The notes under the pieces are model-generated. The model did not search any database and was not told where the DNA came from. It saw nothing but the letters and a program-made list of their open reading frames with translations. Positions 9,435-19,794 of a stretch of DNA of 64,000 bases are shown piece after piece (within the stretch, counting starts at the first letter, position 1; every line of letters begins with the position of its first letter). Origin of the DNA: an uncultured Chthonomonadaceae bacterium (lineage in GTDB: Bacteria > Armatimonadota > Chthonomonadetes > Chthonomonadales > Chthonomonadaceae). The stretch is taken from the NCBI GenBank assembly GCA_963817895.1, contig CAWFQB010000001.1, positions 448,001 through 512,000 of the forward strand, in the 5' to 3' direction. Made by a program: the position numbers and the translations under genes.

Positions 9435-12400
9435 TTAGGACGGCCAGTACCTTTCATTACATTTGGGGCAGACAAAATGCGCGGCGCGTAAATCCTCGAT
9501 GTTGTCGCTCAACAGGTTGTTGCAGATGGGACAGAAATAGGCGGTTGCGGCGTACGTTTTGTTGGTGTCGGCAATTTCTGTGCCTTGCATTTTGAACAGG
9601 TGAAAGAACAGATTTTTGGCATCCTTGCTGCCTTCAGTCTCATACTCGAAGAAGGCATCCGTCAGCAGCGGATCGCGCTTGTAAGCGCGGCGCAAAATGT
9701 GGTTCGCCTGATCGCTGTCAAGCCCGGTAAGGCCCAGGTTCGACAGCGCCTTCCAGCCGTCCGAAAGGGCGCTCACCATGCGCGCCGCCTGAAAATCGTG
9801 CCGGTAGCCGCTCAGGTAAGTGTTCAGACACTCTCGCAATGTCCCATATTCGGGGGTCAGCAGGCGCATCACCGCGCTATTAAAATCCAGCGGCAGCCGC
9901 TCTTCCGTCACCGTCACGCCTGGTATTCCCGGCGGATAAAACACCCGGAACTCGCCGTTTGCCACCTGATACCAGCCTCGCCCGTCAATCTCCTGTTTAT
10001 TGGCGGGAGTCCACGCGAACAGGCCGTCGGCAGGCTTGCCCAGCAAAATCACCTGCAGCCACCGTTCCTCGGTCTCTTCCACGCGGCGCGGCGGCACAAG
10101 CGGATTGATCCAGGTGACATCGCGGCGGGTGTGCCAGAAAGGAAAATCCGTCGCGGTTTCGGCGCTTTGCAGGGTGTTCGATCGAAATCGTGGCTGCTGA
10201 TAACGCCCTCCATCTGCCCGAACGTGAAACCATGCCGCTCCTGAACGATTAACAGACGGAAAGGGTCCTGGTTGTCGGTCACTTCCCTGCGCGCCAGGCG
10301 GATGCTGTTGTTGATTTTTGTCACCATCGCGGTCACGAGCGGATGCTTGTAGGCGAGGTCCCGAAAGGCAAGGTTCTGTTCCTGAGCCGTGACCGCGCGC
10401 AGCGCCATGCAGGTGCGGACTGATCTGCGCGCCCGAAATTCTCAGGCGCGGCGTACTCTGCTGAATCACGGTATCCACGTCGTTTTGCGCCGCTTTTTTG
10501 GCGACGTGGCCCTGTTCGGGGCGGCGCAATATCTCGAAAAAGGCGCGGGAACGCGCTTCCAGCGCGTCCAGAATGTTTTGAGGAATGCTCTCCTGCGCGC
10601 TGGCGCGGGCGGCATTGGGGTCGAAGGCGCTGGGCGTATTGGGCAGCAATTCCCTTTTCAGCGCGCCAAGCGCGGTGAGAACATCGCGCTGCGCCGCCTC
10701 TTCCTTTTTATCATCCCCCCAGCCGGTTGCCGGTTCCGCGTCCCACGCGCGCTGACGCAGCAGATTATAATACTCTTCGGTCACGGTTCCGCGCGCGGCG
10801 GGCGGCTCCGCTTCAAAATAGACTTTGCCATTGACGAGGGGCTTATCCTTCGCTGTTTTCTGCCAGGCATCTCTCAGACTGGTCGCCATTTGCTAAAGGC
10901 GGACTGCATCACGTCCAGGCGGCGCAGGAGAACGGCAGTCGCCTGCCGGTATTTGTCCAGCATTTCCACAAGCATTTGCCGCCGCTGCAAGTGCGTGGCC
11001 GCCTGCGTTCGCAGTTCCGTTTGCAGATAGGAATACACGCTGTTGGTGACTTCCTCCCACTTCTGTTTTTCTTCCCGGACGATTTCCTGTTTGGCCGCTT
11101 CCTGTTGCCGTTTTGGACCGGGCAAGATAGGAACACGGGCTTTGAATAGGGCTTCGGCGTCCGCCTGGACACGCTCCACTTCAGCGATTTGCTCATCCAG
11201 CGATAGCGCGCAGCGATTTGGAATCCTGCTGATATTCGGGCAGGTTTCCTGCGCTTCGCGCGCCCACGCTTCCATGCGGTTCATCTGCTCCCTGAGTACG
11301 GCGGCGACAAACCCCGGCCCGCCCTCAAGGTCGAATAAGGCCCGCGCCACAAACTGCTCGACATCGCTTTCAATCCGATTCAGGAATGTTTTGTGGTTGT
11401 TTTCCATCACATGCAGCAGGGTTGGCAACGCCCCGCTGACATCGCCGCGCGGCAAGTCCTGCGCGGTCAGGCGGCCATCCACTTCGCGCAGCAATTGCCG
11501 CGCCTGTTCCACTCTGGGGATCGCGCCCTCGCCTTCGGGCCGAAATTTCTGCTGGAACACGGCCACGCTGAGCGTGTCCGCGTCCTCCGTCAAACGCTGC
11601 ATTTGCGCTTCGAAATCGCTGCCGCCCAACAATCGCAGCGCCTCATTGATGCGCTGTGGCGTCAGCGTATGGCGGCACCAATGTTCCAGCGCGCCGGACG
11701 TCAGGCGCATGGTTGCGGCGCGCAGAATATGTTCGCCGGGATATTCCAGCGCGGCCACGCCCATCGTGCTGAACAGGGGCCGCATAAAGCCGATCTGTTC
11801 CGCCGTGTCCATTTTGCCTTTGGCGTTCACGTCCAGATCGGCAATCGCGCCGCCCGCAGGCCCTGAAGCGGCCGCCAGGTACTGCCCGATCATCACATTC
11901 AGCCGCGTGACATCCGAGCCATCCGGTTCCCCCGGCATCATGGCGCGCAGAATCACATAGGGCCGTTCCGCGCGGCGCGAAGCCGAACCCTTATCCGGCA
12001 GTTTTTGCATCCACGCGGTGCCGGCAAGCTGGTAATGGTTCAGCTCCTTCAGAGCGTAACAGGCGTTTTTCTTCAAGCGCGGCGCGTCCGTACCCGCATA
12101 CTGAGGATGAGGTAGGGTGAAAATCGCCTGACAGTCTATACCATCCCCGCTCCATTCCCGCAGCAAATAGCCCATATCGGCGGCTCCGCCGCTGCACGTT
12201 CCGCCACACAGCGTCCCGACCACATACACCACAATATCGGGATGAATGTCAACGGGCGTATCTTTGTAGGTTTCGCCCAAACTGTCCGTCACGGCCTGCG
12301 GCGTCAGCCCATTCAAGTAGGAGAGGTCACCTGTTACCCAGCGCTGTATGTTCTGGTAATTGTCGTCGTGGAACAGGCACAGCCGCCCCAACATGCGCAG

Positions 12401-12723
12401 ATTGCCCGCTCCCGACGAAGGGTTGTCAATCGCGCTCAAACTTCTGCTATCCTGCCAGCCGGCAAAATCGAACCCGGCTCCCGCTGTCCGCGGGGCGTTC
12501 AAATACAGAGTGTAATCTTCCCGCTTGATACCGACGTGCAGAACGCGATCCCCAAGGGGCGAAACCTTCGACGCGGTTTCCAGCACCAGCAGGCGCACCA
12601 GGCGGCGCGTTCATGCCCCCCGAATTGCCAGGCGAGATGCTCGGCAACGGCTTCGGCAACTCCCTTGCCGGTGGTTCCCATCCCAATAATCAGCGTCCTT
12701 CGGATTGAAAGGGTTTCAGGCAT
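9435..12723 (-). CDS. Tubulin-like (Tubulin_2/FtsZ-like) GTPase, ~1095 aa, C-terminal Zn ribbon; four apparent frameshifts (~12599, ~10885, ~10430, ~10180)
   Basis: TLIIGMGTTG, GAGNLRMLGRL, VVGTLCGGTCSG (tubulin signature), NACYALKEL; terminal CPIC..CPKC. Assembled from ORFs 12499-12723, 10874-12598, 9435-10889 and 10049-10408. Confidence 0.8.
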
Positions 12724-12729
12724 TTGGAC

Positions 12730-14423
12730 TCAGCTTCCTTTCTGCACAGGTTCAATAGCTTTGTAAACGATCTCAAGGCGTATTTTCGTGTCGGTGTCCG
12801 GCGGCAGCAGCCGCCAGAAAGCGCGCTTGCCCGGCTCGATTTCCACCGCGCGGCTGTCGGCAGCGTCTGCGGACAGGTTCTGCGCTTCTAATGGACAAAC
12901 CAGATAAAGATTGTACTATGGCGGGGTTCCGAGTGTTGAAAACACCCGTCTGAGTGGCGTTCCGCCAAGCGTCCTACGGACGCGGGATTGTACAATGTTC
13001 AAGTGGTTTGTCCATAAGAACTGCGCGCCGGGCTGCGCTTCCACGCGCAACACGCGGTTTGTCTCGAAGGCCAGCGTTGCCAGCGTAAGCGCCTCCGGCA
13101 TGTCGGGCGCGTTTCCGCCCTGTAATCCGCCGCTTCCGCTTCCCGCGTTTATCACGCCGGAACTCGCCGTGCCTGTTGCGCCTGGCGCGGCGTCAGGGGC
13201 GGGAAGAAGGGCGACAAGAACGGTTTTACCCTCTTTCCCGCGCTGCAATGTCCAGCGGCTTTGCAGCGTTAAAGGCGTCAGGATTTGCGCCGTATCCGTG
13301 CCGATAGTAACTGTCAGGCTGCCGGGAATGGGAACCGAGGGGGGGCGAGCGGCGGGGCTTTTTCCGGCGCGTTTTTGGGGGGCGCGGGTTTGGGCTTGCG
13401 CGGACGAAGCAGCAGACCGGCAATCAGGGCAAGCGCAATCAGCCCGATAATAATCCAGACCCAACCGGGCATACCGGGCGAAGGCGCATTATCATTAGTC
13501 CCATGCGGCGGCTTTGGCGGCTCCTCGCGTTTGAGGGGCTGTGCGGGGTTCACCAGCGTCTCGTTGTTACCGGGCATATCCGTTTTCGGCTGCCATGTTT
13601 CGCGGGCGAAAGTGGGATAGCGCTGGGATGTGGGCGCGTCCGGCATCGCAGTTAATTTTTGCGGAAACAGAGCCGTAACGGCGACGGTGATCGGCTGCGC
13701 CCCGGCAGACAGGGTAAATTCCCTGCGGGCCAGCGGCTGCCGAAACCCGCCCTGCGCAATCGCGGCGGCAAGTTTCGGATTGTCGGCTCCGAATAACTGC
13801 GCCTGCTCGCCCGTAGGAGCCTGACTGGCGTTGCTGTTGGTCAGCAGCAGCACAATCGCGCTGTGGGTTTCCCCGGCGGGGATGGTTTTGGTAATGGCCT
13901 CGTAAAGAACCTGTTCGATGTCATGCCCGCCCCTGCTGCCGGCATGGGGCGCGTAGGGGACGCCGTTGACGAAATCCGCGCGACTGGCGGAATCATCGGT
14001 CAGCGTCGTCGTTTTGCCGACGTTCCAGGTACTCATCTCCCAGGCAAAAGGCGTCACCTGGTCGCCGACAGCAAGCGAATTGTTCATCAAGCTGAACGCC
14101 AGCCGCCGCATCGCAATGGCGTGAACCGGGTACTGGCCGAAATGCCCGGTGGAAAAGCCGATGTAAAAGTGGTAACGCGCCGCGTTCCAATTGCCGCCGC
14201 TTGCCGCCGCTTCCTGCTTCAGCCAGGCGTCTATTTCGGCGCGCGGAACCCGGGTGATGCGCCCGTAGTCCTGCGTATCCGGCGTCTGCGCGGAACCCGG
14301 AATTTGCGCCGCGCCCCAAAACAGCAGGCACAGGAGAACCGCCCATCCGCGCAAAGCGGCCGGGCCTCGACAAACATTCCGCTGCCAGATACTTCCGGAG
14401 AGTTTCCTTTGAAACACGTACAT
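12730..14423 (-). pseudogene. Signal peptide + degenerate vWA-like domain + TM + cytoplasmic beta domain; interrupted by a MITE and a homopolymer frameshift (~13342)
   Basis: vWA-like elements FYIGFSTGH, GDQVTPFAW, GGHDIEQVL, IVLLLTNS; TM WVWIIIGLIALALIAGLLL. Removing the MITE restores ...GAQFLEAQNLS...VQKGS* ending at 12730. Confidence 0.7.
12892..13014. mobile_element. 123-bp MITE
   Basis: TIR TGGACAAACCA/TGGTTTGTCCA (imperfect to ~25 bp). TAA target duplication at 12889-91 and 13015-17. Introduces an in-frame stop. Confidence 0.85.
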
Positions 14424-14460
14424 CTGCGCCCTCCTCACCTAAAATTTCCTCAAACGCGCC

Positions 14461-14582
14461 GTGATGCCCCGTCTTTAGACGTGGGTGTCCTTCCCTGCGG
14501 GTGGACGCCCAGGCGGGTTTCCTTTTGAGACTTGCGGTATCAGCCGCAATGTCGTCTAAACCTCCAGGTTAGGTATTGTTAT
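14461..14582. mobile_element. Possible IS200/IS605-family end remnant
   Basis: Hairpin CCCCGTCTTTAGACGTGGG (14467-14485) resembles IS605-type subterminal palindromes. Non-coding, abuts the IS1595 left end. Confidence 0.35.
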
Positions 14583-14693
14583 GGTACTTATATACCTGCG
14601 TGTACCAAATCGCTTTCCGCTTTTGCCCGTCCGTTTGTAGTAAAAATAGCATCAGGCGCATACTAATTACTCATCAGGACGGTCAATTTCTTC

Positions 14694-15650
14694 ATGGAAA
14701 ACTCACTCCCACAAACTTTAGTTGAAGCCATTCGCTATTATAGCGACCTTGACATTTGCCGCAACCTGCTTGCTTCTATGCGCTGGCCTGACGGCGTAAT
14801 CTGCCCCTACTGCCAGAACAACGGCGCGAACTTCCTGCCCTCATGCAGTAAGTGGAAATGTAAGTCCTGCCGCAAAGTTTTCTCCGTTAAAGTCGGCACA
14901 ATCTTTGAAGAATCCCCGCTCGGACTAGACAAATGGTTCGCCGCTATGTGGCTGGTTGCGAACGCAAAGAACGGCATTTCCTCTTGCGAAGTTGCTAGAG
15001 CCATCGGCGTTACGCAAAAATCGGCATGGTTTATGCTGCACAGAATTCGTCATGCTATGAAAACAGGTTCTCTTGACAAGTTTGACGGCACAATCGAAAC
15101 CGATGAAACCTTTGTCGGCGGATTAGAGAAGAACAAGCATAAAGACAAGAAATTGAAAGCAGGGCGCGGTTCTGTCGGCAAAACGATTGTTATGGGCGTG
15201 TTAGAACGCGCAAAGACAGAGAAGGACATTAGCAAAATTCGTGTTGCGATTATCCCCAACACAACACAGGAAACCCTTCACGGCGTTATCAAACATAACG
15301 TGACGATTGGAGCCGAAGTTTTCACGGACGCGGCTAGAGGTTACAACGGTCTAAACGAAATGTTCAAACATGACTTTGTAGACCACGCCATTGAATACGT
15401 GAAGGGGCGTGTTCACACAAATTCGGTTGAAAACTTCTGGAATTTGCTTGACAGAGGTATTCACGGAACCTATATCCGCCCGTCTGCCCAACACCTGCTG
15501 CGCTACGTTGACGAACAAGCGTTCCACTTCAATCACCGGAACGGTACAGACTTGACGCGGTTTCTGCAAACCATACAGCAGATTAGCGGTAAACGCCTGA
15601 CGTATGATGAACTGACACAAGCGCATTTGCAGAACTTGGCTCCAAAATAA
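14694..15650 (+). CDS. IS1595-family (ISXO2-like) transposase
   Basis: CPYC..CKSC Zn ribbon, ETDETFVGG, FTD, HTNSVENFW. Confidence 0.95.
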   Translation: MENSLPQTLVEAIRYYSDLDICRNLLASMRWPDGVICPYCQNNGANFLPSCSKWKCKSCRKVFSVKVGTIFEESPLGLDKWFAAMWLVANAKNGISSCEVARAIGVTQKSAWFMLHRIRHAMKTGSLDKFDGTIETDETFVGGLEKNKHKDKKLKAGRGSVGKTIVMGVLERAKTEKDISKIRVAIIPNTTQETLHGVIKHNVTIGAEVFTDAARGYNGLNEMFKHDFVDHAIEYVKGRVHTNSVENFWNLLDRGIHGTYIRPSAQHLLRYVDEQAFHFNHRNGTDLTRFLQTIQQISGKRLTYDELTQAHLQNLAPK

Positions 15651-15762
15651 AATGAGATATTTTCTGAAAGAGCATCTAATTAAGCAGGATGCTCTTTCCT
15701 CTTTGTGGAATCATCCGAATAGTAGAATAGTAATCTAGTATACTGGTGTTTCTGATACTCTC

Positions 15763-15791
15763 TTGACAAGTAGACAGAATTAGTATAAGAT
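15763..15791 (+). promoter_or_regulatory. Internal promoter for IS cargo genes
   Basis: TTGACA-17 bp-TAAGAT, about 50 nt before ATG 15843. Confidence 0.55.
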
Positions 15792-15842
15792 AGTAGACAG
15801 ATAGTTACTTATCTGTTGCACTGTTCTATGACTGCGGGGTAG

Positions 15843-16634
15843 ATGGCGATTATGAATGAAGACAAACTTACAATAACGCTAACAGGGAAAAAGGAATTTA
15901 TTCCTTATAAATCGTTCTTGTCTGCTGTAGACAATACGATTGCCTTGCTTCGTGATTTAGATTCATCCATATCAGGCCGTAGTTCTGGCTCTGTTGAATG
16001 GCAGATTTCCTCAGTTAGTATGAATAGCCCGCTTGCATTTACTGTATTTGCTGACGCTGGAGCAGATATTGCGATAGGGCGTGACATACTAGATGCTTGT
16101 ACGCACGGATTACGTCAAATTGAATCTAGTTCGGATCGTATACCACGATACTTCACAATAAATGCACTCGAACACGCTTCCAAATTGGTCGCTGTTTTGA
16201 ATGACGGCATAGACAGAATTTCCATTGCAACGCCTTGGGATAGACCTGTTTTACCTTCACAACGCATTTCACTTCATGTAAATAGGTTACTACCGAAAGA
16301 ACATGAAGAGTTGGGGAGTTTTGAGGGAGTTCTGAAAACTTTATCAATCGCACAATCATTTAACTTTGCGATTTGGGATGTAATCTCAAATCGCAGAATT
16401 GAGTGTCGCTTTGCCGAATCCATGTTAGAAGAAGCTCACGCAAATTTCGGAAAACGAGTTTCGGTTTACGGAATAATTCGCTATTCACGAACGGGCAAAC
16501 CACAGTATATTCGTGTAGAAAACATGTACCAATTACGTGAACAAAACGAATTGCCACAAGCCAAAGATTTAGAATCTGTTTCTCTTGCGAAAGATTCTTT
16601 TGCTTATGCTTGGGAGGGCAGTAAAGATGAGTAG
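15843..16634 (+). CDS. Hypothetical IS cargo protein (possible C-terminal OB fold; PIN partner)
   Basis: 263-aa AT-rich ORF overlapping the PIN gene start. Confidence 0.75.
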   Translation: MAIMNEDKLTITLTGKKEFIPYKSFLSAVDNTIALLRDLDSSISGRSSGSVEWQISSVSMNSPLAFTVFADAGADIAIGRDILDACTHGLRQIESSSDRIPRYFTINALEHASKLVAVLNDGIDRISIATPWDRPVLPSQRISLHVNRLLPKEHEELGSFEGVLKTLSIAQSFNFAIWDVISNRRIECRFAESMLEEAHANFGKRVSVYGIIRYSRTGKPQYIRVENMYQLREQNELPQAKDLESVSLAKDSFAYAWEGSKDE

Positions 16635-17115
16635 CGACCGCATTTATTGGGATAGCTGTTGTTTTACGTCACGCATTGAACGTACTCCCGGACGTATTCA
16701 AATTCTGGAACATATCACCGATAGAGCAGAAAGAGGAGAGATTGTAATTGTAACATCTGCCTTTACTCTAGTCGAAGTCGCAAAAGTTAATCTCCCGCCC
16801 GGATTAGAACATGATGAACAAGAACGACTAATCGTTGATTTCTTTGATAATCCATATATATTGCCTATACAACTAGACCTTAGAGTAGCAAAGATAGCTC
16901 GTGATATAATCAGGAATTATAGTGCTATTAAAGGAAAAGATGCTATTCATATAGCATCTGCTATACAAGCAGGTGTTAGCGTAATGCACACGTATGACGT
17001 GAACCATATTTTGCCGAAAGATGGTAAAATCGGAAATCCGCCATTACGCATTAAACAACCTGAATTTGTGAATGGGCAAATCCCTTTATATATGGGGGAG
17101 ATAGACAATGAGTAA
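16627..17115 (+). CDS. PIN-domain (VapC-like) ribonuclease
   Basis: IYWDSCCF, TSAFTLVEV, KGKDAIHIASA, HTYD acidic PIN motifs. Confidence 0.85.
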   Translation: MSSDRIYWDSCCFTSRIERTPGRIQILEHITDRAERGEIVIVTSAFTLVEVAKVNLPPGLEHDEQERLIVDFFDNPYILPIQLDLRVAKIARDIIRNYSAIKGKDAIHIASAIQAGVSVMHTYDVNHILPKDGKIGNPPLRIKQPEFVNGQIPLYMGEIDNE

Positions 17116-17281
17116 ATCCGTAGATGCAGACGCAGTACAACCCGTAAAGTCGGCAGAGTACCTCAACTTTGAAGCCCTCTTGAAGCAGGTTGCTAACGTG
17201 CCAAAAGCGGAAGTAGACCGCAGCATACAAGCCGAAAAGGACGCGAAGAAGCAGAAGCAGGATACTGCCGATACGAAGTAA
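17108..17281 (+). CDS. Small 57-aa IS passenger protein (MSKSVDAD...FEALLKQVANVPKAEV...)
   Basis: Read manually; below the ORF-track cutoff. GGGGAG RBS; overlaps the PIN stop. Confidence 0.55.
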   Translation: MSKSVDADAVQPVKSAEYLNFEALLKQVANVPKAEVDRSIQAEKDAKKQKQDTADTK

Positions 17282-17285
17282 CACC

Positions 17286-17453
17286 ATGAACTACAAAGAT
17301 ACTTGTTTGCGTTCGCAATACATTATTTCTAATTGTGTTTTGCCTGCACGGAAACAGGCAAAAATTTTGCGAGATGTTGCACGAGAAATACGAGAAGAAG
17401 TGCAACGACTCCGACAAGAACGACAGTTGATTCAGCAGCAAATGAAAAGATAA
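17286..17453 (+). CDS. Small 55-aa helical protein (MNYKDTCLR...QQQMKR)
   Basis: Read manually. Starts 4 nt after the previous stop and is followed by a hairpin. Confidence 0.4.
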   Translation: MNYKDTCLRSQYIISNCVLPARKQAKILRDVAREIREEVQRLRQERQLIQQQMKR

Positions 17454-17464
17454 CACTGAACGCA

Positions 17465-17498
17465 AGAACGCCCGAAACGGTCAAGTTTCGGGCGTTCT
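17465..17498. terminator. Hairpin at the IS right end
   Basis: 14-bp perfect stem AGAACGCCCGAAAC/GTTTCGGGCGTTCT. Confidence 0.6.
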
Positions 17499-17529
17499 AA
17501 ACATTGGTACACGCAGGTATATAAGTACC

Positions 17530-18673
17530 TTTTGAAATAATCGTCTATGCGAATGAAAAGTTGCTCGAAGTAGAGTTCCAGCAGATACGCGTTTGTCCAG
17601 TTCAAATTATCCCGAAGGTAGGGTTCCTCATTCACGCGCAGCAGCGTTTTCAGATTGCTGATACGGAATTCATCCGGCCCCAGTATTCCTTTGGGCGCGT
17701 CTGATCCCCAGTGAACAATGCCTCTGCGCCGGTGCAAAACCATTTCGGTAGGAAAACGGTCGTTGCCGTCCCGGTCACCGATGATGTCCATCTCTCCTTT
17801 GGGCTTGGCCTCAAACAGTTTATTCCGCCAGCGGACACGGACGCCCGTGTTGCGCGTTCCAAAATCAATCGCCACAACCACATCCGCGCCGACGCTTCCC
17901 GGCGTGGCAGTCAGCCGATGCAGGGGAATGGGAATCGCGTCCGGGCCGGCCAGCCATTCCGTCTCCGCGCTTTTGGCCGCACGCTCCGGCAGGGCAGCGA
18001 CCATCAGTTCGGAGGAGAGAAACGGCTGGATTTCAGGCGCGTCTTTTTCGACGGATACATGGTATCTGGTAGTGACCTGGTAGCCTGCGGGAACATCCGA
18101 CTCGAATGCGCGGGTTTCTTCGGCGTCGTTCCACACGCGCGCGGCCTGTTTGCGAACGCCCGGCGGGAACAGCAAATTCGGGCTGCCCACAATCCAGCGA
18201 TTTACCGCGACGCGCGCAAGTTCGCGCGCGAAATGCCGATCCGACCGGCTGCCCTGTCTTTCCCACCAGGGGCTATTCGGGGCGTCCAGACTCGGATGCG
18301 GACGTCGCGCGTCGTCGCTGCACAGCAGGAGGAATCCGCTCGGCTCGTCGTCCGGCAGGCTCTGCAGCGCAAAAGCCGTCCATTGGCGCGCGGCAACCGT
18401 ATGGGGCTTGTCGCCGCCAACCACGCGCAATCCCCGCAGGCGCCGCGTATCTATCCACACCTGCGCGTCGTGATTACCCACGTTATGCGCGACAATGTAA
18501 ACCGCGCCTTTGAGCAGCAGGGGCGCGATGTTTTGTCCGGGACGCGCATCGGAGGAGGAGGACCACAAAACGCGCGCGGTGGTTTGGCCGCAGGACGGAC
18601 AGAACCGGTCGTCAGGCTCCAGAGATGAGGGAGTTGAAGATGTTGAACACGCAAAGCAGGTAGGGTCAGTCAT
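17530..18673 (-). pseudogene. Zn-ribbon + Hsp70/actin-like ATPase domain protein, truncated by IS1595
   Basis: CFAC..CPSC; phosphate-1 motif VAIDFGTRNTG; RFPTEM. The frame runs into the IS TIR after ...IDDYFK. Confidence 0.75.
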
Positions 18674-18774
18674 TATCCACTTTCGACAAAATACGCGCGA
18701 CAGCGAAACAGTCCGCTTGTATATTCATCTTCCGTATAAACGGTTCCTGCTTTGTGTTCAAGAAAATATTGTGT

Positions 18775-19740
18775 CTACTTATCCTTCAGCCATTCTGCCG
18801 CGCGTTCGGGCCAGTGGGAGATGGGATTTTCGGACGGGCGCAGGCCGTAGCCGTGTCCGCCTTTGGCGTAGACATGCAGTTCTACAGGCACTTTGGCGGT
18901 TTTTAGCGCCTGTCCGTAGACAAGGGCGTTTTCGACGTGAACCGGATCGTCTTCCGTCATGGCGATGAACGTGGGCGGCGTGTTGGCGGTCGGTTTAATT
19001 TCCGAAGCCAGCCGCGTCAAATCATTGGACATGGTGAGGTACGCGGGATAAATCAGCAGGGTAAAGTCGGGGCGGCAACTCTCCTGATCCGCCGCGTCTA
19101 TGGTGGGGTAGGCGCGCGTCTCATACGCATTGCTCAACAGCGCGGATAGATGCCCGCCCGCGGAAAAGCCCAGTATGCCGAGGCGTTTAGCATCGAGGTT
19201 CCAATCTTTCGCCCGATGCCGAACCAGACTTAACGCCCGCTGCGCGTCCTGAAACGCCGCCGCGTGTTTGTCCAAACCGGGACGCGCAGGGACGCGGTAC
19301 TTCAGCAGAATGGCAGTGACGCCGAGCGAATTGAGCCACGCGCAAACTTCCGTGCCTTCCAGATTGGCCGCGAGAATGGAGTACCCGCCGCCCGGACAAA
19401 CCACGACCGCCGCGCCATTCGCTTTTCTTTTGTGAGGCAAGTATACGGTAATGGTGGGCTTCGTCACGTTGCCGGTACGAATCACATACTTGTCTGCCTG
19501 CGGTCCGTCCTGCCCCGGTTTGGTGGTGTCGAGTTCCGCGCCGATATTATCGAGTTTGCCCGCGTCGCCAGGAGCCTCATCGGGCCACAGCGCGATGGTT
19601 TCCGCAGGCGTCAATTTCATCCGCCGATAGTCCGGCGGCGAGGCGACAGACGGCAACGCCGCCCCCACCGCCAGCAGGCACAGCAGCAAGCCACTCCCCA
19701 CTTTCCACAGCAGCGTGGAATTCAGAACTGTCAGGCACAT
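18775..19740 (-). CDS. Secreted alpha/beta hydrolase (acetyl xylan esterase-like)
   Basis: Signal peptide, CPGGGY, GFSAGGHL, DDPV, GGHGYG. Confidence 0.9.
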   Translation of the reverse strand: MCLTVLNSTLLWKVGSGLLLCLLAVGAALPSVASPPDYRRMKLTPAETIALWPDEAPGDAGKLDNIGAELDTTKPGQDGPQADKYVIRTGNVTKPTITVYLPHKRKANGAAVVVCPGGGYSILAANLEGTEVCAWLNSLGVTAILLKYRVPARPGLDKHAAAFQDAQRALSLVRHRAKDWNLDAKRLGILGFSAGGHLSALLSNAYETRAYPTIDAADQESCRPDFTLLIYPAYLTMSNDLTRLASEIKPTANTPPTFIAMTEDDPVHVENALVYGQALKTAKVPVELHVYAKGGHGYGLRPSENPISHWPERAAEWLKDK

Positions 19741-19794
19741 GATTCACTCCTTAAAAGGGAAAGGGAAAAGAAATTGTTCATGCCTCTTCCCTCC

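Larger units (their letters stand above)
14583..17529 (+). mobile_element. IS1595-family element with passenger genes (2947 bp)
   Basis: Perfect 26-bp TIRs GGTACTTATATACCTGCGTGTACCAA at 14583-14608 and 17504-17529. Lower GC. No matching 8-bp TSD (ATTGTTAT vs TTTTGAAA). Confidence 0.92.

Noticed and set aside
9435..12723. Cell-division ftsZ
   Set aside because: About 1100 aa, with Tubulin_2-type motifs and no dcw cluster context.
17530..18673. dnaK
   Set aside because: It has an N-terminal Zn ribbon and extra domains, and only the phosphate-1 motif resembles Hsp70. No grpE/dnaJ context.
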